Below, in pieces: positions 13,811-32,329 of a DNA stretch of 64,000 nucleotides. Under the pieces are notes generated by a model, which did not search any database, was not told where the DNA came from, and worked only from the letters and a program-made list of their open reading frames with translations. The stretch lies in NCBI RefSeq assembly GCF_009914755.1, contig NC_060931.1; one strand, given 5' to 3'. The position numbers were made by a program, and so were the translations under genes. Within the stretch, counting starts at the first letter, position 1. Each line of letters starts with the position of its first letter. The stretch comes from the human T2T-CHM13v2.0 reference genome, Homo sapiens.

Positions 13811-14519
13811 CCAAGTGAACTAAAGGCCTGGATGTACAGATGACACTGGACATATCACCTTCCTAGGGGGCTGCCATGGAAACCCTGGGCATCCCAGGCT
13901 ACCAGCCAGGCTATAAGCTTATTCACATTAACCCAAACTCCTCATCAGCTTCCCTGTATCACTGCCCACCACTTCCAAAAGTCCTCCTTGAGCCATATAA
14001 ACAGATTAAACTGATTAAACATACTTCCCCAAGAGTCCATTGGGTGTGATTTTTCTGTGACCTCTCTGGCAAGCACCAGCATCTGTAATTGTGTAGGCAC
14101 CATGCCAACACAGACACGTGACTGTAAGAATTGAATGTGTTCTTAGTCTTTGATAATGAAAATCTTAGCATTTTCACAAAGTATGAAATTAAAAGGTGTT
14201 ATCTCTTTGGAGCCTGACATGAGACACAAAAGTGTTTATAAGAATTGCGCAAACTGGGACATGCTTTGACAAAATCTGCTTAATTCTTCCAAAATTGGTG
14301 TTTAGATAGGGACAACAACATGTTTTTTCCCCACAAAGCTCTATTATTACTCTCATTATGTGTTTTATCTTAGAATAAAGAGAATGCATTTGCAAAGAAA
14401 GATGTGTGTAAGTAAATAAAATATTTAAAATTAGGATTTTTCTTATTACTAGCTTATTTCTGTAGAACAAAGTAGGCTACATTAGATATAGCTGGTTATG
14501 ATGTAAATTTCTTCAAGAT

Positions 14520-15115
14520 AGTGCAGTAGATTGCAAAAATGGCTACAAATTCTTCTCATCCCTGCATCTATGTCATCCTCACATCGACACTGTGATTGGC
14601 TTTGGCCAATGGGATGTTGGCTAATGAGATGCAAGCAGAAGCTTGACTAGTGCTTGCACATTGGAGATTGTCCTCTCTTGGGAAAGTGTGACTACTAGCT
14701 TGTGAAATAGCCCAGGTTAGCCTGTTGGATCATGAGAGACACATAGTGCTGTAACCCTGGTCACCTCAGCTGATAGCCAGCCAATTGTCAGGCATGGGAG
14801 TGAGATCATCATCAGCCAGTTGAACTCAGAGCTCATTCAAGACCAGCAGAACTTTGTTATGCCTTCCTGAAGCTTAGACGTGATGTAGGAGGTACAGCAG
14901 CCATATTGTGTCCATGAGGCAAGAAGCACTCACTAAGGCATGACTGAGCAGAAAGGTAAGCAGAAACTAGGGCCTCTGATGGCATCACAGAGCTATAGCA
15001 CCAGCCCCAGAAAGCCTACCTCTTCACTCCTAGTTGTATGAGAAAAAGAAAATGTAATTTTATTCTGCCCGTATAGATTGGATCTCTGTTGCATGCAACC
15101 AGTATTATTCCTAAC
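14520..15115 (+). mobile_element. Old MLT1 (F-J-like) LTR fragments
   Basis: GATTGCAAAAATGGCTACAAATTCTTC, GCTTTGGCCAATGGGATG, GCAGCCATATTGTGTCCATGAGG. Confidence 0.6.
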
Positions 15116-15261
15116 TGAAAGATTGGTTAATTAAAAAAATAGTTTTCTCTGAAGAAGCTTCTATAGGAGCACTTTCTCCCATCTCTCCACTAATTAGGAC
15201 AAAGAAAAGGAGACTGGGAGCTCTGAGGACCCACAGACAGAGAGGCTTTCTAGGTTGATCA

Positions 15262-15588
<327 letters not shown>

Positions 15589-15862
15589 TTACGGTTGAGC
15601 AGAAAGACAATGATCAGAAAGTGAGTTACTTAATTCTAGTAATAAACGGGGGAAAAAAGGTAGAAGCAATTAATGATGAAGAGTTAGGAGGTGGACTAAG
15701 CTACCTTGGGGGATACCTTGAATCTACATTTTTACCTATATTTTCTTCGTGCCCTTTTTATGATTCCGTGGTCCATGCCACGGATTGATAAAGAAGCATC
15801 TTAGCTACCGATAACCCAACCCCAGTGTAGGAAGGGATAAGTTCATCTAAAATTACCTACAA

Positions 15863-16185
<323 letters not shown>

Positions 16186-17171
16186 TTAAATGAATGAATG
16201 ATACCATAATAAATGGGCTTACCAGACTGAAATGGGCAGGAGTCAGCTAGATTCTTGCCTCTGGTTTGTGGAGTTGAGGCTTGTCTTCTCTAATTGGAGA
16301 GTTCCTGGCCTGTAAAAGCTGCGCTCATTTGCCCCAGGACTGTCAGTGAGTAAACATCAAGCGTGAAATGCCTCTTTCCCTGGTGTCAGCCTGGATTCCA
16401 GCAGCACGATTTGCAAACACCTGAGCTTCTGGCCTTTGCCTTCTGTTCCCTCTTCTCTCCCTGCCTTCAATAAGCCAGCTCCTTCCCTTTGCCTTTCATT
16501 TCCTAAAACACAGTCTCCTTTCACTGCCATGCCCCTGTGATTTACTGCGTGAGAGCATCCCAGTGAAGCAAGTAAGACATCCTTCATTTTCATACCTGAC
16601 ATACGAAGAGCCATAAAATAAGTCTCTGAAGTCAGACTCAAGGGCCTCTTGATTAGGAGTTAAATTGCAGATATAATTTACTCAATTGGAGCTTGAGGAA
16701 ACAAGGGATGTTGAAGATAATGTGATCGGCACACTCACGTTTCTGCCTCTATCTTGTGTCCAGATACCTGAGGAACTGGTGTGGAGAAGATGAAACGTCT
16801 GAACTTGGGCGTGGATTGGGGAGGAGCTGAAGATGGCAGGAACTGGCTCACCTGGGGTTTACTTTAGGGAAATATGAGTTGGGAAGCTCTTCTAAGGTCA
16901 GTTTTGATTAAGTGAAATCAGCAGAATAAGGGTGAGATCAAAGATATTGGAGGCAGGTGGAGAGCATCTTGAAAGAAATAGGAATCCAGCTTCAAGAGTT
17001 CTGGGCTTCACTTTGCCACAGATGAGCTGCGGGAATCCTGCACAAGGATTAATGAATGGGTCTCAGTCTCTTGACCTACAAAACAACATGGGGCTGAATT
17101 ACATGAAGATCATTTTGACTGACTTAGGAAAGAATGAGAGGTAAGGAGGAAGAGCCAGCCAGTATAAAGGA

Positions 17172-17780
17172 TTTTTTTTTTTTTCTTGAGACAGGTTCTC
17201 ACTCTGTTGCTCAGACTGGAGTACAGTGGTGCCATCTCTGCTCACTGCAATCTCCACCTCCCAAGTTCAAGTAATTCTGCTTCAGCCTCCCCAGTAGCTG
17301 AGACTACAGGCACACACCACCACGCCCAGCTAATTTTTTTTTTTTTTTTTTTTGAGATGGAGTCTCGCTCTGTCGCCCAGGCTGGAGTGCAGTGGCGCGA
17401 TCTCGGCTCACTGCAAACTGCCTCCCGGGTTCACGCCATTCTCCTGCCTCAGCATCCCGAGTAGCTGGGACTACAGGCATCCGCTACCACGCCTGGCTAA
17501 TTTTTTGTATTTTTAGTAGAGACAGGGTTTCACCGTGTTAGCCAGGATGGCCTCGATCTCCTGACGTCGTGATCTGCCCGTGTCGGCCTCCCAAAGTGCT
17601 GGGATTACGGGCGTGAGCCACCGCGCCCGGCCCTCAAGCCCAGCTAATTTTTGTATTTTTAGTAGAGATGGGTTTTTGCCATGTTGGCCAGGCTGGTCTC
17701 AAACTCCTGACCTCAGGTGATCTGCCCGCCTCTACCTCCCAAACTGCTGGGATTACAGGCATAAGCCACTGTGCTCAGTC
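17172..17780 (-). mobile_element. AluS interrupted by nested AluY
   Basis: Right arm 17172-17332, left arm 17638-17780. Confidence 0.92.
17333..17632 (-). mobile_element. AluY nested in the A-rich linker of an AluS
   Basis: CpG-rich; GGGTTCACGCCATTCTCC and CCGTGTTAGCCAGGATGG diagnostics; TSD GCCCAGCTAATTTTT. Confidence 0.95.
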
Positions 17781-17933
17781 AAATTTTATCATGAAGAGTA
17801 GCTGAGAATGGGCCAAGAGTTGGTGGGAAATGTGGAATCAGGATAGGGTATCTTTAAATTGAAGATAATGAAACATGTTTCTATGATTTAGGACAGAGGT
17901 ATCAATTGAAGCTACAGAAAGATAGAGGGTAAC

Positions 17934-18608
17934 TGTGTTAGCCTGTTCTTGCATTGGTACAAAGAAATACCTGAGACTGGGTAACTTGAAAAGAGGTTTC
18001 ATTGGCTCATGGTTCTGCAGGCTGTGTATGAAACATAGGGGCATCTGTGTCTGGGAGACCTCAAGAAGTTTCCAGTTATTGCGGAAGGCAAAGGCGGAGC
18101 AGGTACATCACATGGTGAAGGCAGAAGAGAGAGAGATAGAGAGAGAGGGAGAGAGACAGAGAGGTGGGGGTGCCCCACACTTATTTTATTTTTTTATTAT
18201 TTTTTTGAGATGGAGTCTTGCTCTGTTGGCCAGGCTGGAGTGCAATGGCATTATCTCAGCTCAGCCTCCTGCCTCAGCCTCCTGAGTAGCTGGGATTACA
18301 GGTGCCTGCCACCACGCCCAGCTAGTTTTTGTATATTTAGTAGAGGTGGGGTTTTGCCATGTTGGCCAGGCTGGTCTTGAACTCCTGACTTCAGGTGCTT
18401 CACCCGCCTCAGCCCCCACTAAGTGCTAGGATTACAGGTATGAGCCACTGTGCCCGGCCAGAACTCACTTATCACCAAGCAGATGGCCCATGCCATTCAT
18501 GAGCAATCCAACCTCATGATCTAACACCTCCCACCAGGCCCACCTCCAACATTGGGGATTACAATTCAACATGAGATTTGGGTGGGGACAAGCATCCAAA
18601 CTATATCA
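17934..18608 (-). mobile_element. MSTA-like solo LTR, interrupted by an Alu (18183-18459, minus)
   Basis: TGTGTTAGCCTGTTCTTGCATTG...ATCCAAACTATATCA; TSD GTAAC/GTGAC. Confidence 0.9.
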
Positions 18609-18965
18609 GTGACTGTAGTAATAAAGTCATTGAGTGGGTGAAAGGGAAGGGAAGGTAGGGCTCAAGTGGCTTTTGATAGCATCAGCAACAATTCATCCCC
18701 TGTCACCGAATGAGTGGCAGAATATATGGGCATGAGTTTCAGGAGACAGCTGGACTTGATCACAGGAGAGGGAAGTTGTTCTTATCTGATAGCTCCTATT
18801 TAGCAAAAACCACAAGGTGATGCAGTCAGCCCAAGTGGTAGGAGGTATTTTGGAGGTTTGACAAAGAAGGAGTCGTGATGGCATCTCAGAAAGTGAGAAG
18901 GGGGAATTGATAGGATATAGGCAGGATCGTTGGTCTGTGTTTAGCACTGATTTGAAATACCTGGT

Positions 18966-19165
18966 CACATTTTCTTAATCCAGTCTATCATTGATGGACA
19001 TTTGGGTTGGTTCCAAGTCTTTGCTATTGTGAATGGCACCGCAATAAACATGCATGTGAGAAGTTGATGGGTGCAGCAAACCAACATGGCACATGTATAC
19101 CTATGTAACAAACCTGCACGTTGTGCACACGTACCCTAGAACTTAAAGCATAATAATAAAAAAAA
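18966..19165 (+). mobile_element. Short L1PA insertion with 5' inversion
   Basis: Antisense ORF2-end piece joined to sense 3' end with poly-A; TSD GAAATACCTGGTCACA/GAAACACATGATCACA. Confidence 0.88.
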
Positions 19166-19758
19166 GAAACACATGATCACAAATTTAAAGTGAGATCAGT
19201 TAGCATAATTGTGGCATTTCTTTTCTAGCAGTGCTCAGCTGCCTAAGGACAGGCACAAGAGAGGTGAATGGTTGAATTCAATGAGAAATGGCATCTGCCA
19301 GTTGAGCAGCTTTGCCATGGGAGATGGACAGAAGAGGCGTTCGCAAAGGAGCTATTATACTGAGGAACACGTGGAATGTAAACTGTGTAGAGGGAAGTGA
19401 GGACCTGAGAAAGGTGACAGATGATGAAAAAGTAGTAGAATGAATGGATCACCAGTCTCCAAAGATATCAAAGTGTTGGTAGCCTGGGATTTTAAAGTAG
19501 ATGGGTTGGACAGTGGTGGTCAGGAAAGTGTACCTAGATGGGAATTTGAACTTCTTCCTTCATGGTTCATTTTGCAGGTGGAAGATGGGTGCTCGTGAGT
19601 CTAAGGAAGTGGGTTCAGTCCTGTTGAGGTACAGTCAGCTATGCCCTTTCTTTCTTGGTTTTACAATATTTACATACCTTGGGTGAATAAATGGACAAGA
19701 GGATGGATCAGTGAAGCCCATTCTTACTATTGCAAAGGAAAGTCAAATCACACATGCT

Positions 19759-20071
<313 letters not shown>

Positions 20072-20599
20072 TCATGTAGATGTGTTTTTAAAAGGTTTAT
20101 TTTTGTTGGGTTAAGTGGAGAATCATTGGTTTTCTCCATGCTCTTCTTATGATTCCCTGTTCCATAGCACTGATTGATAAAGCAAGCGTCTTACCTATAA
20201 CCCAAGCCCAGGGTAGGGAGGGGTGCTCCCTACACTGATGCTTTATATTCAAAATACTCTTTATATTCAAAATACCTTGTAGACACATCTTAATTTCCAA
20301 TTATTATAAATTTATATGCCAAATACTATTAATATAAATATGCATGACTAACCAGCATGGGCTTCAGAGTTAACCTTCAGCAAACTAAACTGATAACTAT
20401 GGACCCATATTAATGTGGGTAATGTATAAAATTATGATTTAGAATTTAAAAAATAGCAGCAACTGAAAACTACAATTAACTCAAAACAGGATTATGGTCA
20501 CACAGAAACACACATGCACACACACACGTGCACACTCAAAGGTCCTTTCCTAAAATTGTTAGGTTGGAGGAGAATGGATGGATGGCTCACCACCACTCT

Positions 20600-21490
<891 letters not shown>

Positions 21491-21819
21491 CATATTAGAA
21501 GCTTTGCAGTGTTGTACTGGTTTGAATGGCAAACACATTTTCTGATAGAGTACTGAATTAGAATCTTCAGAAAATGTCAATATTTTGAACTAATTTTAGT
21601 TTACAACTTATTTGTGACAAACATCAAAATTATCTTCAGAGATAAGTATCTAGAAAGTAGACTTCCCATGTATATAAAAATGAGTATCTGTCAAATTGAA
21701 AGCCATTTTCCATTAAAACCCATAGAAAGAACTCCAGCAGTGAGGACCACAGCTCCGGAAGCCACCATGTAAAACCCACAGTAGGGAGCTTCTGTGTGAG
21801 ATTGAAGAGAATGTAGTGA

Positions 21820-22218
<399 letters not shown>

Positions 22219-22511
22219 TAGTTCACCTATTCCCCTATTGGTGAGTGTTTATTTCAAAAGTCTCATTTTCATGTAAGTTGATATATGAAAATACTTCCAT
22301 TTCTTTATGCCTGTGTGTGAGAATTCTTCTGAAAAATACACTTACAGATGGTGGTATGGTATTGTACGGATCACCGATCTTTAACTTTAGTGGGTACCAC
22401 CGAAGTGGCTGTGCCAGTTAACACTCCACTAGTGGTTTTGAGAATACCTTTTTCTCAGTTTTCCTACTTTCATCTTTGTCAGATCACTAGGTGTGAAGTT
22501 GTATCCTATTA

Positions 22512-23118
<607 letters not shown>

Positions 23119-23438
23119 CTCCTATTATTATTTTCATTTGCAATTCCCTGATGACTAGTAGGTCTAAGCACTTTATTTTTTTCATATTTATGAGCCATGT
23201 GGCTTTTCTTCTTTTGGGAACTATCCATCCATATTGGGTTAATTATATTTTTCTATTGATTTTTGGAACTAATTTATGTAATCTTGACAATCTTTTGTAT
23301 CTTTGTTGCTAATATCTTCTGCTTTGCTGGTTAACATTCCTGTTTTGCTTTTCATCTCTTAGAAGGAAGTTTGAAGCATTAGCGAGATCAAATCTATCAA
23401 AGATTTAGCTTGTGATTTTTGCCTTTTGGGACTAATGA

Positions 23439-23818
<380 letters not shown>

Positions 23819-23951
23819 CAACAATAGTATTTCTTTCCCTTGCTGTTTTATGACGCAAATTGTGCCCTATGACAAGCTCTTCTTGAAGCAGGGCTGTGTT
23901 TATGAGCGATTTGCCTATTTATGTATCAATATTTTGTATCCCAGTAAATAC

Positions 23952-24240
<289 letters not shown>

Positions 24241-24267
24241 TAATAAGTAGTTTTTAAAAACATTTCA

Positions 24268-24888
<621 letters not shown>

Positions 24889-25204
24889 TTACTAAATCTA
24901 CTGGGCAATTCCCACTGTGTCCCTTCTTAATGTATCAAGAACAAGTGACACAGTTAATCCCTGCCTCCTTCTTGAGGCCCTTTTCTCATTCGGATTCCAT
25001 GACCCAGAAATCTGGTTTTCTCTGTCTCACTGTCTCCTCCTCCCCCATCTCCACTGCAGGACTGGATTCCTTTGGCCAATCTTTTGCTGTTTCAGAGCCC
25101 CAGGCTTCCCTCTTCAGATGTCTTCCCTTTTCTATCTACACTTACTTACAACTTGCCTGATCACATTCTGTCCAATGGCTCAGAAATCATATATCAGTTA
25201 ATAA

Positions 25205-25673
<469 letters not shown>

Positions 25674-25907
25674 TAATAGAGTGTAAAGTTAATCAATATT
25701 TTTTTTCTCCTTCCAAAAAGTACAAGATATTTAAAACTTTTGTTGATACCATTTAGGGCATCCACTGACCTGCAAAGGTTTTTTTTAACTTGAAATCCAT
25801 TCTCCCTCATTTTTACTTCTATTTAATTATCAAGTATTTTTGTTCCACATTGCTTTAACCTCTTCCCCATTTTAAACATTATTATTTTTTATTACTGTAA
25901 ATACTTA

Positions 25908-26341
<434 letters not shown>

Positions 26342-26466
26342 ATATATATATATATTTTGTATATATATATGTATGTGTGTATATATATATCATATATATA
26401 TGTATGTGTATATATATATCATATATATATGTATGTGTATATATATATATATCATATATATATATA
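26342..26466. repeat. TA-rich minisatellite (~28-30-bp unit CATATATATATGTATGTGTATATATATAT)
   Basis: Three to four near-identical units. Confidence 0.93.
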
Positions 26467-26541
26467 AATCTGATTCTATTGGTAAACGTCTTTCTGTTCT
26501 CTTCATTGTTAAAAATAGTTCATCTGGATGCAGACTTCTAG

Positions 26542-26971
<430 letters not shown>

Positions 26972-26994
26972 TGATTTTTCTTTAAAAATTTTTT

Positions 26995-27618
26995 TTTAAC
27001 TTAATGACAACGTGCCTAGGCGAAGATCTTTTTGAGATGAATTTCCCAGGTGTTCTTCATGCTTCTCGTATTTGGATGTCTAGGTGTCTAGCAAGGCTGG
27101 GGAAAATTTCCTCTATTATTCCCCAAATATGTTTTCCAAGCTTTTAGAATTGTCTTCCTCAGGAACACCAATTATTCTTAGGTTTGGTCTTTTAACATAA
27201 TCCCAAACTTCTTGGAAGCTTGGTTCCTGTTTTCTTGTTCTTTTTTCTTTGTCTTTGTTGGATTGGGTTAATTTGAAGACCTTATCTTCGAGCTCTGAAT
27301 TTCTTCTACTTGTTCAATTCTATTGCTGAGACTTTCCAGGGCATTTCACATTGCTAAAAGTGTGTCCAGAGTTGCCTGAATTTTTGATTGTTTTTTCTTT
27401 AAGCTATCTATTTCCTTGACTATTTCACCCTTCACTTCTGTACCATTTTTTGGATTTCCTTGCATTGAGCTTTGCCTTTCTCTGGTCCCTCTCTGATTAG
27501 CTTAATAACTAACCTCCTGAATTCTTCTTCAGGTAAATTGAGGATTTATTCTCAGTTTGGATCCATAGCTGGTGAACTAGTGTGATTTTTGGGGGGTGTT
27601 GACGAGCCTTGTTTTGTC
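26995..27618 (-). mobile_element. L1PB-like ORF1-region fragment
   Basis: Antisense ORF1-type sequence (TTCCTCAGGAACACCAATTATTCTTAGGTTTGGTC). Confidence 0.8.
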
Positions 27619-27864
27619 TTGTGTTCTCACTGATATATGGGAGCTAAGATCTGAGGACGCAAAGGCATAAGGATGATACAATGGACTTCGGGGACTTGGG
27701 GAGAAGAGTGGGAGTGGGTAAGAGATAAAAGACAACAAATATGGTGCAGTGTATACCGCTCAGGTGATGAGTGGACTACAGTCTCACAAATCACCATTAA
27801 AAAACTTACTTATATAACCAAATACCACCTGTACCCCAATAACTTATGGAAAAATAAAATAAAA
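27619..27864 (+). mobile_element. L1PB 3' end (sense)
   Basis: GTTCTCACTGATAT.TGGGAGCTAAG...CACCTGTACCCCAATAACTTATGGAAAAATAAAA. Confidence 0.88.
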
Positions 27865-27982
27865 TTTTTATTTCCATAGGTTATTGGGGTACAGGTGGTA
27901 TTTTGTTGCATTAGTAAGTTCTTTAGTGGTGATTTGTGAGATTTTGGTTCACCCATCACCTGAGCAATATACACTGAACCCC
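27865..27982 (-). mobile_element. L1PB 3' end (antisense)
   Basis: Reverse complement of the adjacent L1PB 3' terminus. Confidence 0.88.
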
Positions 27983-28069
27983 CGCATGTCTTGGCTCAAT
28001 TCTAGAACATTTTCAATTGTAAATCTTTTTAATGTTGCCTTCCACTTCTTGTTTTTGCCTTCTAGAACT

Positions 28070-28810
28070 CCAAATCACCTTTGCAAAAATCATAACTGAG
28101 GAAATTATGACAGTGAAAGAGATCAGACCTAACCGACCCCATCTTGCTTCCAACCTCTAAACTCTCTTTGTTCATTCCTAGGCATAGGCTGAACTAGCCT
28201 TGGGAAGAAATTTATAGTTTAAACTCTGAAAAAAATTGATAATAGCCCTTTCTCAAAAAATCCCTTCTTGCCTGGGGACCAGACTGCCTTTGCAGGACTA
28301 ACAAATTAGCTACAAGATTAGAAATTACAGTTTAGGGGCCATGTGGCATCCCCTGCCTCCAAGAATCTGAACCTCCCCAAATTATTGCTGGGAATAACAT
28401 CACTATTATAAAACCTAAGGTCAGTGCTTGAGATATTGTACAGACCCTGCACTGGATGGATCAGGTGACACTACCCAGACAGGTAATCTGGCTCAACCAG
28501 TTCTGCAATCCCACACAGGAACAGAAGACAGCAAGAAAAACTCACTTCAACCCCCTATGATTCCATCTCCTACTTGATCTATCAGCACTGCCCACTTCCC
28601 AAGCCCCTACCTGCCAAATTATCTTTAAAAACTTTGATCCTTGAATGCTTGGGGAGACTGATTTGAGTAATAATAAAATTCTGGTTCTCCTGCATGGCCA
28701 GCTCTGTGTGTATTACTCTTTCTCCATTGCAATTCCCCTGTCTTGATAAATTGACTCTGTCTAGGCAGTGGGCAAGGTGCCTAGAATTTGTAACCCACTG
28801 GGTGGTTACA
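28070..28810 (+). mobile_element. LTR8-family solo LTR (ERV1)
   Basis: CCTTTGCAAAAATCATAACTGAGGAAATTATGACAGTGAAAGAGATC...GGTGGTTACA; homologous to 58887-59620. Confidence 0.88.
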
Positions 28811-29573
28811 AATGTTTGTTAATGTTTGTTAGCTGTCATTTCTTTTATGCCATCCTCTATCACTCTTTCTCTTTCATATTTTTCATCTATCTGTTTTATA
28901 GGTACATTCCGATGATTTCCCCAAATCTCTCTTCCAGTTCACCAATTCTTGCTACAGTTAAACATTTTTTTTTGATCCCATGTTTAAGCTAACCACTGAG
29001 TTTTAGATGCTTGTGGTTTTTTTTCTTTCTTGCATTTCTAGGAAGTCCTATTAGCTCCTTTTCAAATCTGCCTCTTCCTTTTTCATATAGATCTGTTCTT
29101 CTTCAAGCTTTCTTTGTAAACTGTTAACACTTCAGTAATTTTACATCTATCTATCTCACGTTTTCTTTCTTATCATTCCTTTATATGCAGTTTTTTAGGA
29201 GCCAAATGTGTTTGTAGTATCTGCTCATTCTTCTTCAGTGTGGTTCATTTTTCTTATATTTTGGTAGTTTTGTGCCATACATTCATATTATTCAGGAATG
29301 ACTTCTTTTTCGGGGGAGCCTTTGTGCTCTGGCTTGTACACTTTTATTTGGAGCAGTTATATATTCCTTTTGTTGATGCCATTTGGGGGCTCCACTGACC
29401 TGCAAAGGATGTGAAACATTTGGTGTGTAGTTCCTTTATTTCTCAAATAATGTAATTTGGACTTCATACCTTCATGGAACTTGCCTGAAACTTGGATATT
29501 TTGTAGGTAACTATCTTTCTAAAAGATTTGATAGACAGTAAACTTCCTTCAGCCTCTTTTAGGAAGGTCGATG

Positions 29574-30103
29574 TGTTACAGGAAAGGGCCCCCCACCCCA
29601 AGACAGGCTACTTGGATCTCCTGCAAGAAAGAATTTAAGGCAAGTCCATAGAGTAAAGTGAAAGCAAGTTTATTACGAAACTAAAGGAATAAAACAATGG
29701 CTATTCCATAGACAGAGCAGCAACCATAAAATGGTTGCCCATTTTTATGGTTATTTCTTGATGATATGCTAAACAAAGGATGGATTATTCGTGCCTCCCC
29801 TTATTTTAGGCCATATAGGGTGACTTCCTGACATTGCCATGGCATTTGTAAACTGTCATGGCGCTGGTGGGAGTGTAGCAGTGAGGATGCACCATCTTGG
29901 TTTTGGTGGATTTTGGCCAGCTTCTTTACTGCAACCTGTTTTATCAGCAAGGTCTTTATGACCCGTATCTTGTGCTGACCTCCTATCTCATCCTGTGACT
30001 TAGAATGCCTTAATCGTCTGGGAACACAGCCCAGTAGGTCTCAGCCTCATTTTACCTAGCTTCTATTCAGGATGGAGTTGCTCTGGTTCAAATGCCTCTG
30101 ACA
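29574..30103 (-). mobile_element. MER41A-like solo LTR (ERV1)
   Basis: TGTTACAGGAAAGGG...GCCTCTGACA; perfect TSD GATG; lacks the GAS-bearing segment seen in the 58020 copy. Confidence 0.88.
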
Positions 30104-30682
30104 GATGGAAATTATCGATTTCCTGTTTAAGGATGAAACAGTCCTTGAAATCACTGAACATCATGCAAATAATTTAGTTTCAATCCCCTACTTTTCTCAG
30201 CCCCAAGCCCACGTTTCCTTACCCCATGGAGGAGGATTTAGAAGCCAAGCCACTGGGACCTATAATCTGGGAAAAAAGCCAAGTGGCTCCCCATGAAGTC
30301 AACTTGGTTTTCCATTCTGTTATTAATTTTTCTTACTGCATTTTGCGATTGAGGATTTTGCCTTCTTGGTTTTGAACTCACCTCTGCATTACATGGTTTT
30401 GAAGTTAGATTGCATCCAAAATGTCTGTTTGTTTTGGCAAGGGTGGGGCCGGCCTGTGTCAGCTCCATGTGCCTATTGCCAAAGCCATCTCGGTCATGTT
30501 TACATTTTCATTTGCAGATTGCCAACACAGCATTAATCACCAGCTACTTGGAAAGAGAGCCTGAGGCTTTCACAAAAGTTAAAATAAAATCAACCAACCA
30601 AGCAAACAAACAAGAAAAAACGTTCAAGCCAGTTTGTTGGTTAAAGTAATGAAATTGATAGATTTTTATAAAATTTAAAAAC

Positions 30683-31264
<582 letters not shown>

Positions 31265-31468
31265 AAGACCTTGTCCCTTAAAAGATTTAAAAAAAAAAAA
31301 AACAAGTTAAAATCCAAAGTATTGAGCATTTTGAGTACTATGTGATACAGTTGTTTTTGTGTTAGACAGTCTTGAATCCAAACCGTGGTGTGGGTACTCA
31401 CCAGTGGTATAATCTTGGGACATTACTTCTCTGAAACTCACCTTTCTAACTTATGGAATAAAGATAAT

Positions 31469-31741
<273 letters not shown>

Positions 31742-31876
31742 TCATGTTTTCAGTGAGAGCTAAAAGAGTTTGTGGGTGTGCAAGTGCCCAGCAATGTACT
31801 TTTATATTTATATTAAATTTATGTTTATTTTGAAAATATTCCATTTATTTAATTTTGTTAACTAGAGGGCCTCATA

Positions 31877-32035
31877 CTCTGTCTCTTTCTGTCTCTTTCT
31901 CGCCTGTCTATCTATCTCTATCATCTCTATCTCTGTCACCTCTATCATCTCCCTATTTTTCTGTCTGTCTCTCTGGCTCTCTGGTGTGCTCTCTCTCTCT
32001 CTCTCTCTCGCTCTGTCATCTCCATCTCCTCTCAG
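31877..32035. repeat. (CT)n / TCTA / TCTG polypyrimidine tract
   Basis: Direct reading. Confidence 0.9.
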
Positions 32036-32329
32036 GTATACAGAGAGGCGTGTTCTCTTTGGTAGCCTGTGAACACAGAACATTTGCTCTGCCAGTTACA
32101 ATAGTAAACATTGAAAAGACACACAGAAGACCCACTCCTTGCAGATGCCCCGGTGCAGAGGACACATCCTCTACTTTGCATTCTCTCAGCCTACCTGATG
32201 GTCTGGCTGTTGCTGTGGTAACCAGCTGTCTGCTGGTGGAACTTGGCACCTGTCTGCAGGTGTAACCTTTCCTCAGCTGTACCAGGCTTTTCTTGCCTTC
32301 TCTCTGAAGTTTGTCTCTTTTGGAATGTC

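Noticed and set aside
20241-20275. 18-bp-period tandem duplicate CTTTATATTCAAAATAC
   Set aside because: Ordinary slippage duplication with no further signal
31855-32265. 136-aa S/L-rich ORF
   Set aside because: N-terminal half is (CT)n low complexity; non-ATG start; no recognisable homology
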